Part shown: positions 29,801 to 37,405 of the stretch, piece by piece | Position numbering within the stretch: the first letter of the stretch is position 1 | Layout of the letters: each line of letters begins with the position of its first letter | DNA from: a virus | Reading direction: 5' to 3' (one strand) | Length of the DNA stretch: 64,000 nt | IMG/VR virus record: IMGVR_UViG_3300032032_000001 | Coordinates: 64,001-128,000 of that record | Translations under genes and position numbers: made by a program | The notes under the pieces: generated by a model | What the model saw: only the letters and a program-made list of their open reading frames with translations | Told to the model about the DNA's origin: nothing | Database searches by the model: none

Positions 29801-31155
29801 ATAACCCCCTTGCTTTCGGTATGTACTTGGCGTTCCTCAACACCTCAAACATCAACATCGCAGCATTCGGTGTCGATGAGGTTACTGCGGATGCGCCACA
29901 GGGGACTGTTAAAGCATACGCTGAGGCACTTGACTTCTTACAGATGAAGGAAGTCTACGCTCTTGCTCCTCTCACGCATGACATGGAAGTGTTCAAGGTG
30001 TTCAACCAACACGTGAACGACATGTCGGCACCTACGGGCAAGAAAGAGCGGATGGTGCTTTGCTGTCCAGAGCTTCCTTCTGAGAAGCCCTCGATCCTAG
30101 CCTTCTCCTCAACGGACTTCGAGATTAGTCCAGAGGGTGGCGGAAAGTGGAGACTAACTGACGCGAATGGTGGAAACATCATGCTGGCTCTAAATGAGTC
30201 CACTGTTAAGGATGCTAACGGAAACCCGCTCGACCTGAGCGTTGGCGACTCGTTGCTCCCTGAGCAGGATGTTTATATCGACCGTGAGGGAGATCCCTAC
30301 CGATACCTGATCACCGCACTTCCCGCTGCCGATGCCGTAATCATCGAGCCTGCGAATGATGTGTGGCGTCCAGGCGTCTACGGCCCAGGAACGGGTGGCA
30401 ACGCTGACGCGTATTACAACAACGCTAATCCTGAGGATTGGGCAGCTACTGGAGAAGGTGCTTCCATCTTCGTTAGACAGGCAGCTACTGATTTGTCTAC
30501 CACTGGTGGCAAGCTCGCTACCTGTGAGACTCTCGCGGAGATTGCTGGCGGACCTACCGGGTTCCAGAACCGAAGACTCGTACTTGTTCTTCCAGACCAA
30601 GTTGGTGTTTCGATTGGTGGCCTTGAGTCCGCTGTGAACGGCTACTACTTATGTGGTGCCATCGCTGCAATGATTGGTCAGCAGAATCCATCACAACCGT
30701 TTACCAACCTGCCTATGGTTGGGTTTACGCGCCCGATTGGATCCAATGACTTGTTCAGCGAAAACGCTATGTCCACGGCTGCTGCTGGTGGGATTTACTG
30801 GGTTATTCAGGACAATCCTGGCGGAGCGCTGGTGTCAAGGCACCAATTAACAACGGACCTCACTTCTATTAAGACTAGAGAAATGTCTATTCTTAAGGCT
30901 GTGGATTACGTTGCTAAATTAATGAGAGGACAGGTTAAGCGATTTATCGGTCGCAATAACATCACTAAGCAGCTTCTCGAAGCCATCTCTTTGGGGATGC
31001 AGGGATCGCTCGCTAGTGTAACTGGTTCGGTTGTAGCTGAGGCCACTCTTGATTCTTTGACTCAAGACTCGGACCAGCCGGATACAATTAGAGCGGAAGT
31101 GACCTTGGTTCCGTTCTATCCCGCAAACTACATCAAGATCACTATTTACGTGTAA
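26803..31155 (+). CDS. Contractile tail sheath protein with large internal insertions
   Basis: N-terminal RPGVEI; C-terminal VSRHQLTTD...REMSILKAVDYVAK...FIGR...PFYPANYIKITIYV sheath signature. Confidence 0.88.
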   Translation: MATLTRPGVEIAQEITAGAPTILTPTLVPCLVGPCFQIVSPLTEDGALNTGAIVSVAALVQSDQPLPAALSLSGRSMQIKVNNGQVQTINFPVTINGEAIDHALTVNTINKQLTGAVAEIVGDKLNIRTNSKGSSQSIELINIADPNVEAYSLLEINQLVGVVVTGQSQYTNISYTVPYSSFPSPMASVDEVVITDENTKMYRYFGGTLREFSEDSAINTNAYAWNVMQVADHTVASAHSPAFGDSKSWMFGKVKAGSKTDTMQHLGSDAYLEFPLCHDVAPDGGSLGVMTQWPDPRGKNKIVLHAKGMSDYTSSGILSSMGTAASLGNAGNNLSLTMSHNAGLGDGATVVYTPGTGLEVTVSDDTTFATLAAAIAASPSLADASGEMSVTLESDVDDPAVATVRNFTAGNPAGAPWNNANTCSLNLSYGSDPVDFSIDAPVAEGCGQGEANNENLSQAHVCGAVPIGGGDTATDLGIAGETISVSIDGGAAVSHTFIGGDPVIGGLNTALTGVGTATQVGYALSNDIGETFQPIRITSVSDNGHDSTIEISADNALVIQRLFSGSASGSGSAAPAAQTAALNEDRGGLLTSAAYNAVTGQNESVNQRALVPGSVTIQIDGAVAIGCIAGIGDDTCNATAGNAAATVNIEVDGGATSFDVNMPAGGWPGDPGAAAAAMQAGIVAAGGGLDSQICASEHAGTVVISRFSGNVGDSIAILSTGDADLAAYFANTDVTSTCEATSITLRDSGASPAFRVECTAASTGSQIGVAGTLDEWVMGGAEADNTGRAATQINYSSGDINFAFAGDDFAGAYADAHPITMKLGAAPSATVTYNRSWANTVQAAKQGYTGKLHHGQSNRTILSDFVSHDGNVLGRVSAIEDFAAGGATFSGAQVVLSEFALDNKQLSNKWYMTADGVVAGSVDNPRVEPEASGNDLEQIYTLKHALNRDSSGVAISGGADIYVDYSALRRDVTGSAADPGLLVFNSIAEVEANIGPISPDNPLAFGMYLAFLNTSNINIAAFGVDEVTADAPQGTVKAYAEALDFLQMKEVYALAPLTHDMEVFKVFNQHVNDMSAPTGKKERMVLCCPELPSEKPSILAFSSTDFEISPEGGGKWRLTDANGGNIMLALNESTVKDANGNPLDLSVGDSLLPEQDVYIDREGDPYRYLITALPAADAVIIEPANDVWRPGVYGPGTGGNADAYYNNANPEDWAATGEGASIFVRQAATDLSTTGGKLATCETLAEIAGGPTGFQNRRLVLVLPDQVGVSIGGLESAVNGYYLCGAIAAMIGQQNPSQPFTNLPMVGFTRPIGSNDLFSENAMSTAAAGGIYWVIQDNPGGALVSRHQLTTDLTSIKTREMSILKAVDYVAKLMRGQVKRFIGRNNITKQLLEAISLGMQGSLASVTGSVVAEATLDSLTQDSDQPDTIRAEVTLVPFYPANYIKITIYV

Positions 31156-31182
31156 TAAAGCCCACGTTTAAGGAGAAAGAAA

Positions 31183-31440
31183 ATGGCAAGTAAAGCTTTT
31201 GGATCGCAAAAAAGACCCGCTGGTAAAGAGTTTCGTGACGGAACTGTCGGAGAGGCCCTTGACGAAGTGTACAAGGACGTTGACGCCGGATTCGCTAACC
31301 TGGAACAGCCACTCATCGCTGACTCCGCTGAAGTAGGCGGTAACGAGGCAGCAAACGAGGCTAGCATTATTGCTCACGCAGCAAAGATTAACGAGATCCT
31401 CGTTGCCCTTAAGGCGGCTGGAATCGTTGCAGAAGCGTAA
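31183..31440 (+). CDS. Small head-fiber-like protein
   Basis: C-terminal KINEILVALKAAGI resembles the motif seen in phage head-fiber proteins; AAGGAG RBS. Confidence 0.5.
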   Translation: MASKAFGSQKRPAGKEFRDGTVGEALDEVYKDVDAGFANLEQPLIADSAEVGGNEAANEASIIAHAAKINEILVALKAAGIVAEA

Positions 31441-31474
31441 GCTCACCACGGAACCACCTGATAAGGAGTAATTC

Positions 31475-32239
31475 ATGCCCGGTTTAGAAAATTGGTCACC
31501 ATATAAGACCCACGTACAGGGTGGTCTGCGAGAAGGTAACTTCCTAAACGGGCAGTTCATCCTCATCTGCGCGGGACCACCGTTCTTTAGTCAGCTCGCC
31601 CTTGGGTCTGGAGACTCTGATCTGTCGAATACCATCGTGTATCCGATTGGTTTGACCCAGAACATCGCGCTGTCTCAGAACAAAGCCATCAGTCGAATCT
31701 TTGAGATTGGTTCGGACCGAAGCTACTTCATCTCTGGCCGAAGCGTTGGACAGTTGTCCCTCGGCAGAGTTGTGTATCACGGACCTTCCCTTCTTCGCTG
31801 CTTGTACGCATACTATGACACCACTAATGGTGACGTTGATGAGTACAAGATCCGTCCTTTGATGGAGACAGCAGGTTTGGGAATCAACCCCTTCTCCACC
31901 GAAGGCGCTGATAGTGTTAGTTCGGGACTTCACTCTGTGAAGATTCCCCCAGGTTACGACAACATGTTCTTGAACTTGGCGTCGGATCTGTTCAGCCAGC
32001 CTCTTGGCATCTTGCTTATCTTCAAAGATAACGAAGAGAACAACATCGCAACGGTCTATCTTGACCAGTGTTATGTGCCACAGCACTCTCTTGCTGTTGA
32101 CGCACAGGGCCTCCTTATTCAGGAGTCTGTGGGTATTCAGTATGAGAAGATGGTTCCAATTAAGCTCGCGCAGCTTAACTTGATCCAAGGCATTCTGGCA
32201 GACGACACCGGCGGATTCACTAGCGAATCACAGGTGTAA
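31475..32239 (+). CDS. Tail tube protein
   Basis: IGLTQNIALSQNKAISRIFEIGS...YFISG...IQESVGIQYE; follows the sheath gene. Confidence 0.78.
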   Translation: MPGLENWSPYKTHVQGGLREGNFLNGQFILICAGPPFFSQLALGSGDSDLSNTIVYPIGLTQNIALSQNKAISRIFEIGSDRSYFISGRSVGQLSLGRVVYHGPSLLRCLYAYYDTTNGDVDEYKIRPLMETAGLGINPFSTEGADSVSSGLHSVKIPPGYDNMFLNLASDLFSQPLGILLIFKDNEENNIATVYLDQCYVPQHSLAVDAQGLLIQESVGIQYEKMVPIKLAQLNLIQGILADDTGGFTSESQV

Positions 32240-32240
32240 T

Positions 32241-32549
32241 ATGCCTCCTTGGTCAGAACTTGCCACAGTACTCTTCCTTGCTGGCGTAATTACTTACGGC
32301 GTAACGGAAATTTTCAAAATTGCTTGCCGTAAGTGGGTGGGTACTGATGTTAACAGTGCGGACCCCGTGTGGTGGCAAGTTGCGTTCCGAGTTATCCCAA
32401 TCGCAGTCGGGACCCTTGTAGGTTGGCGCTTCTATATGGAGCAGCCAATTTGGGGTCTATCGGTAGGCTGCTCAGCCGGAGTTTTAGCGGCACTTATTTA
32501 TAAGAAAGCCAAAGAGATGATAGGTGCAATAAGGAGCCCCCAAAAATGA
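32241..32549 (+). CDS. Holin-like small membrane protein (about 3 TM segments)
   Basis: Three hydrophobic stretches and a basic C-terminus. Confidence 0.5.
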   Translation: MPPWSELATVLFLAGVITYGVTEIFKIACRKWVGTDVNSADPVWWQVAFRVIPIAVGTLVGWRFYMEQPIWGLSVGCSAGVLAALIYKKAKEMIGAIRSPQK

Positions 32550-33601
32550 TTCCTTTAGACAAAGAAGCCACAAAGCAACATCTCATTAGCTTGCTGACAA
32601 AAACTTCTGAGGCTGAACGGGTTAATATGCCCGCCAAGTTAGTACAGACACGAACCCGCGCAAAGTTTGACGTACCACACGCTAAGTTTATTAAACGTGT
32701 GAAACGGGATATGCGTAAGGCTAATCGCGGTGGCGGTGGGGGCGGAATTGTTCGCACCCATAGGTCTGGTCCTGACAAGCCCAAAAGCACCACATTCGAT
32801 GTTGCGGGTGGGCAGGCCAAGGCTAAACATGTTGGCGTAGATCACTACCAAGCACCGGCTAAGCTAATCCAGGCTAGGCCTAAGCCTAAATTTGGGCCTT
32901 TGTTTGGTGGTCCTGGGTCCATGGCTCAGAAGAAGCTCGAAGATGGAGCAGCAGCCAAGAGGCGAAAAGCAAACACAAAGAGCGATCTCCAGAGAAAGCT
33001 TTTCGGTGTTGCGTCTCTTAAGCGTGGGTGGGCCCCTGGAGACCAGTCCAACATGACTGGTATGCAGAAAGACTACTTGGCTAGAAATAAAGGAAACTTG
33101 TCTTCATCTTTGGATGAGCAAGGAAACTTTCTTAGGCCCGGAGCTAAAAAGCTTGAAAGCCCTGTGAAGGCCCTGGCCGCAGCCAAGACCCCTGTGTCTA
33201 CGCCCAAACCAAAGGCGGAGGCTACTAAGCCAGCCGCTAAGCCCGACCGGTTCGCTGGACGCCCAAAAACAACTCCTGACGGTAAACCCATCCAATACAT
33301 CGACATCAAAGAGCCGATGGTTATCAAGGGCAAGGCACCAGCGAGTAAACCAGCGTACGCGCCACCTAAATCATTGGTTGGTGCAAACTACGCGTCTCGT
33401 AAGAAGTTTATTGAGCATCACGGCGGTAATGCTGCTGACAGGAAGACGTGGAACCCTACGGTTCGTTCGGCAATGAACAAGTGGTACGGAGACCTTAAGT
33501 CTAGAAGAGCTGCCGCAAAGAGCAAGCCACCTGTTCAACACATCACTATGCCCACTATGCATATCAAGGGACGGGCTCCTGCCAAGGTTGCCCAGAAATA
33601 A
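32546..33601 (+). CDS. Basic K/P/A-rich candidate internal virion protein
   Basis: N-terminal LDKEAT and LTKTS; low complexity; internal repeats PAKLVQTR/PAKLIQAR and PMVIKGKAPA/PTMHIKGRAPA. Confidence 0.6.
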   Translation: MIPLDKEATKQHLISLLTKTSEAERVNMPAKLVQTRTRAKFDVPHAKFIKRVKRDMRKANRGGGGGGIVRTHRSGPDKPKSTTFDVAGGQAKAKHVGVDHYQAPAKLIQARPKPKFGPLFGGPGSMAQKKLEDGAAAKRRKANTKSDLQRKLFGVASLKRGWAPGDQSNMTGMQKDYLARNKGNLSSSLDEQGNFLRPGAKKLESPVKALAAAKTPVSTPKPKAEATKPAAKPDRFAGRPKTTPDGKPIQYIDIKEPMVIKGKAPASKPAYAPPKSLVGANYASRKKFIEHHGGNAADRKTWNPTVRSAMNKWYGDLKSRRAAAKSKPPVQHITMPTMHIKGRAPAKVAQK

Positions 33602-33613
33602 AGGACTATACTT

Positions 33614-34192
33614 ATGAACGTCTTTGAAAAATTCGCTGCTAAAAGATTCCTCACAGAGGCTTTGTTTTATAAGGTAGCGCAACTGCCCCCAGCACAGCAG
33701 AATGCCATCCGTGGCCGCGCAGCGAGCGCGTTTGCTGAGATGGACGCTATGCCGAAACCAAAGCCCCTGCCGCAGAACCCTAAGAAGACCACCACTTCAA
33801 CGGGTACCATGAAGGTACCACCTATTGGCGGTCCGAAGCCTGGGAATCCACATGCGGCAACTCCGGCCATAAAGAGCCCTAACCAGCCCATTAAGCGCCC
33901 CGTTCCACAGAGCAACCCTAACGTTTTAGACACAGCGGCTAAGGGTCTTAAGAAGATCCCAAGTGCTATGGAAAGAATGAAGAGACGCCCAGCGAAAACC
34001 ACTGTTATGCAGGGTTCCACCGGGGCAAATGTGAAGGGCGGATTTGCGTTTGATCGGAAGGCTGCCCAGGCGGACTACATTAAGAAGCGCGGTACGTACA
34101 GCAAGAACCCCAGCATGGATAGAACGATCCACTTCAGCCGAGCACGACGCGCCGCACTGAAGGCACACCACGCGAAGCAACAAGGGCAGTAG
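33614..34192 (+). CDS. Basic Pro-rich candidate internal virion protein
   Basis: MNVFEKFAAK...FYKVAQ N-terminus. Confidence 0.6.
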   Translation: MNVFEKFAAKRFLTEALFYKVAQLPPAQQNAIRGRAASAFAEMDAMPKPKPLPQNPKKTTTSTGTMKVPPIGGPKPGNPHAATPAIKSPNQPIKRPVPQSNPNVLDTAAKGLKKIPSAMERMKRRPAKTTVMQGSTGANVKGGFAFDRKAAQADYIKKRGTYSKNPSMDRTIHFSRARRAALKAHHAKQQGQ

Positions 34193-34195
34193 GCT

Positions 34196-34621
34196 TTAGT
34201 CGGGAGTGTTTACCGCATAGGTAATTCCGACAGTCGTGCCTGTGGCGACCACAAACCCAACAGCGAACCAAAAAGCAGGGTGCTCATACCAAGCTGGCTT
34301 AGCCACCACGAGCGCTTCTTGGTGAAGCTGGAACAACTTATCGCCCCTCGTCTGCTCTGCCAGCAGGAGGGATGTGAGGCGCTTCTCACGGCTTTCCCAC
34401 AGCTCTTTGTGGAAAGACAGCTCCAGCTTTAGCCTGGGAACGTCTATCTTCAGGCACCTCAGTCCATCAGCCGCAGCGTCCGTGGGCAATAAGACCCCGG
34501 AGCATGGCGATGTTACCGCAATTGGCACCGTACATTTGACCGGCGTTGGTTCTTGCGCACTCACCTGTAGTGGTAGAAGAACCATAGCGGCACATAGATA
34601 CGCTGATATGAGTCGTTTCAT
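34196..34621 (-). CDS. Exported protein with a C-terminal membrane anchor
   Basis: Signal peptide (MKRLISAYLCAAMVLLPLQVSA), coiled coil, C-terminal TM. Confidence 0.6.
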   Translation of the reverse strand: MKRLISAYLCAAMVLLPLQVSAQEPTPVKCTVPIAVTSPCSGVLLPTDAAADGLRCLKIDVPRLKLELSFHKELWESREKRLTSLLLAEQTRGDKLFQLHQEALVVAKPAWYEHPAFWFAVGFVVATGTTVGITYAVNTPD

Positions 34622-35016
34622 TCGTCTTCCCCGTTCTTTTTCTTCCTTTTAAGAAGGAACTCGCTCCATTCGTTTGCAATAGCCACGGGCCCCTTGACCT
34701 CAGCGTTCTTTAGCTCATCTTCTTCGTCCTTTAGGACCTTGAGCTTTTCTTCGTGAGCCGCCCGTATCTTCTTTTCTTCTCTTCTAGACACGTCCCCGAT
34801 CTCTGCGATCTCATCAGCGTGCTCCTTCTCTACTAGAGACACTTTTTTCTGAACCTTGAGAAGCTTCTTACTGGTCGCAGCTCGCTGCATAAAATACCAA
34901 ACAGCCGCAACTAAAAAGAAGCCGCAGACCAACGCCCAGTGTGGAAGCTTCTTGATAGCCGCCCACGCCTTAGAGAACGCCCCCTTTGTACTCAACCATA
35001 TTGATGCCCATTGCAT
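34618..35016 (-). CDS. Membrane-anchored coiled-coil protein (i-spanin-like topology)
   Basis: N-terminal TM followed by a charged coiled coil; GGAGG RBS; overlaps the next gene by 4 nt. Confidence 0.55.
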   Translation of the reverse strand: MQWASIWLSTKGAFSKAWAAIKKLPHWALVCGFFLVAAVWYFMQRAATSKKLLKVQKKVSLVEKEHADEIAEIGDVSRREEKKIRAAHEEKLKVLKDEEDELKNAEVKGPVAIANEWSEFLLKRKKKNGEDE

Positions 35017-35079
35017 AATTCCTCCTACTGATAGTTAAAAAAACGCGAACCCATGGGGGGAACGCGCTTTTGTTATATA

Positions 35080-35502
35080 TTAACCTTTTGCTAAGACAAG
35101 TAGCTTTCCATCTTCTTCTTTAACCTTTGCAACCAAACCCTGCCTCTTTAAAGCCTTTTGCGCCTTTAGAGCAGAGTACCACTGGTTTACCGATTTCGAG
35201 AAGCTATTGGTTGCTCCGGTCTTAGCCACAAGTCCTCCGACATCGTCTGAGTCATCTACGTGGATGCCGTAGGTGCCATCATCGTTCTTCGCGAAGCCGA
35301 ACCCGGAGTACCCTCCGTGGAACTCTTGCTTCACGAGTATTTCTACTTCGGACTTGTGTGATGTGTAGTACCCTTGGAGGGTGATGGTCTTTCCCTCTTC
35401 AGCCACCACGATCATATCGTCGGGGACCCCTAGCTTTTTCAAGGCAGAAAGGACCGTCTTTTTATCCTTCATGCAGGACTTGCATGTTACCAAGTGTGAC
35501 AT
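35080..35502 (-). CDS. DUF1257/Ycf35-like protein
   Basis: MSHLVTCKSCMKD...LSALKKLG...GFAKNDDGTY...QWYS...QG...EEDGKLLV pattern. Confidence 0.72.
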   Translation of the reverse strand: MSHLVTCKSCMKDKKTVLSALKKLGVPDDMIVVAEEGKTITLQGYYTSHKSEVEILVKQEFHGGYSGFGFAKNDDGTYGIHVDDSDDVGGLVAKTGATNSFSKSVNQWYSALKAQKALKRQGLVAKVKEEDGKLLVLAKG

Positions 35503-35504
35503 TG

Positions 35505-36083
35505 TTACTCCTTCAGTGCTCTCATGAGTCCTAAACTGACGCCTCTAGTCGGGAACCCCGCTATGGTAGCGGTATCCCCATCTATGTGTACTTCTACATC
35601 TGGGATGTCGTCTAGGGACTCTTTTGAGATACGGTTTGTGATGAATACTAGCTCTTGATTTGTCGAGCCCCTCAAGGGCTCATTACATGCCAGATCCCTT
35701 CTGTAAGGACCGGCCACAATTAAGTCGAAAAACCTAGAACCATCAGCATCCCAAAAGGGCTTCTTTTTCAGATCTTCGTACGTAATACCTGTGAACATAA
35801 TTACTGACATATCTGGGTGGCAGAGTCGTACCCTTTCGAGTATCGTCATAATAGGGCTCCACTGCTCTGTTGGCTCCCCACCGCTTATGGTGATTCCGTC
35901 AGGATCCCCACTAACGAGGTCTTCGTAGACCTTGTGCCAAGGCGTGACTGTACCCTTCTCCGCGCTCCAGGTATGCGAATTAAAGCACCCAGGGCATCCT
36001 ATAGTACACCCCTGGACATGTAGAACATTTCTACGCCCAGGGCCGTTAACGTAACTATTTTTGGTTACCTTTGAGATCCTCAT
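35505..36083 (-). CDS. Radical SAM / NrdG-like 4Fe-4S protein
   Basis: NGPGRR, GCTIGCPGCFN (CxxxCxxC), GITISGGEP, RGSTNQ. Confidence 0.85.
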   Translation of the reverse strand: MRISKVTKNSYVNGPGRRNVLHVQGCTIGCPGCFNSHTWSAEKGTVTPWHKVYEDLVSGDPDGITISGGEPTEQWSPIMTILERVRLCHPDMSVIMFTGITYEDLKKKPFWDADGSRFFDLIVAGPYRRDLACNEPLRGSTNQELVFITNRISKESLDDIPDVEVHIDGDTATIAGFPTRGVSLGLMRALKE

Positions 36084-36382
36084 TCGGCACCATCATCTTC
36101 ATGAACTGCGTCTGGATCAAAGTCATCCCACATCGCCCAGTTTTGTAGAACCGGACCATCAACGTCCGCGTTGGAACACGCCTCTGTGGAGAATGGGTAC
36201 ACGTCAATAGATAAGCCCTCGCTGTTAATGAGGATTCCTATATCGGCTTCGCTAGTCCCACTGGGGTCCTTGACACGAATCCATACACGATTATCTGCGT
36301 GTTCTTTAACGAGAGTGTATTCAAACACACTGTTCTGCGTTAAGGCAGGAACGTTCGGACATCCTGACGGGAGGTCCTTCAT
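36080..36382 (-). CDS. Hypothetical protein
   Basis: 100 aa, coupled to both neighbours by 4-nt overlaps. Confidence 0.6.
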   Translation of the reverse strand: MKDLPSGCPNVPALTQNSVFEYTLVKEHADNRVWIRVKDPSGTSEADIGILINSEGLSIDVYPFSTEACSNADVDGPVLQNWAMWDDFDPDAVHEDDGAE

Positions 36383-36561
36383 GTCTTTAGACTTTCGGAG
36401 TCAGTTTCATAGAACTCCGGCTTGATTTCTTCTTTTACAACTTCTCCGCCAAGAGCCTTGATAACGGCGTCAGTGTACTGCTTACAGCCACCGCCTTTGA
36501 TCCCGTTTACCTCGGTCTCGACAGACCCATCCTCATGGATGGTTACTCGCACTTCAACCAT
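36379..36561 (-). CDS. DUF2997-like protein
   Basis: MVEVRVTIHEDGSVETEVNGIKGGGCKQYTDAVIKALG...KPEFY; GGAGG RBS. Confidence 0.78.
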   Translation of the reverse strand: MVEVRVTIHEDGSVETEVNGIKGGGCKQYTDAVIKALGGEVVKEEIKPEFYETDSESLKT

Positions 36562-37405
36562 TGTAATACCTCCAGTATTTAGTGAAATTTTTCTCAATTT
36601 GTTCCGCTGCTTCAATATGCCCAGGACCAAGCGAGACCCCGTCGGGATCCCTCAAATATGACCCAGCCTGTTCGAGTATATTACTTGATAATAATACCCG
36701 CATTAACTCAAACCCACGGGAGAACCCCCGCTGGCTGAACAAGAACCCGCACGATTTACTGTTGGGTGGGCACACCATCGATCTGAATATATTGAATCTA
36801 ACTCTTAGGTAGGCGAGAGACCCGTATTCATTTCTGGTCTTCTCGCGCTCGGTCCTTATCCGGACAGAGCATAATCTGTTGATTGTTCCCTCAAGCGCTG
36901 AAGAAGGCTTAGGGACTAAATCTCGTACAGGAACCCTTAACTGGTTTACGACCAGGATTAAGGCTCCTCTTTTTAACGCTTCCTCTCTTAGAAAACTAAG
37001 GCCGTGGTATGCAGCCTTCCTCTCGGCGAAGGGGACACGTTCATCAACACCTAAGCGCTGATCGCACAGCGGCTCTGTGGAGGACAGGGAGTCTATAGTT
37101 ATCACCATGGCCCCCTCATCAAGAAGGGTGTAAGCCGATTCTATAGCAGACTCCATGCTGTTTGGGATGACGGCTATTAGGTCCTTTGGACCAGCAGCCT
37201 GTATATACCCAGAGCTAGGGAAAGCCTCCGTATGGATAAGGGCGGTCGGGAGGCCCCCAACGGAGGCCTCCCTCATCACACTGAAACACAACGTAGATTT
37301 ACCACTAGCGTCCTCCCCGATAACTTCACAGATACCGGGTGGTATTCCTCCAAGGAGCGCTTCATCTAGTTGATAGATGCCAGTGCGATGCCGCCCATAA
37401 CTCAA
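36554..37405 (-). CDS. Divergent RecA-family ATPase
   Basis: TGIYQLDEALLGGIPPG, GEDASGKST Walker A, ITIDSL Walker B, VVNQLR. Confidence 0.8.
   Translation of the reverse strand: MSYGRHRTGIYQLDEALLGGIPPGICEVIGEDASGKSTLCFSVMREASVGGLPTALIHTEAFPSSGYIQAAGPKDLIAVIPNSMESAIESAYTLLDEGAMVITIDSLSSTEPLCDQRLGVDERVPFAERKAAYHGLSFLREEALKRGALILVVNQLRVPVRDLVPKPSSALEGTINRLCSVRIRTEREKTRNEYGSLAYLRVRFNIFRSMVCPPNSKSCGFLFSQRGFSRGFELMRVLLSSNILEQAGSYLRDPDGVSLGPGHIEAAEQIEKNFTKYWRYYNG

Noticed and set aside
14633-32188. Long antisense ORFs such as 14633-15409, 22454-23092, 23162-24019 and 31544-32188
   Set aside because: They are shadows of well-supported + strand structural genes and have no RBS or recognisable motifs.
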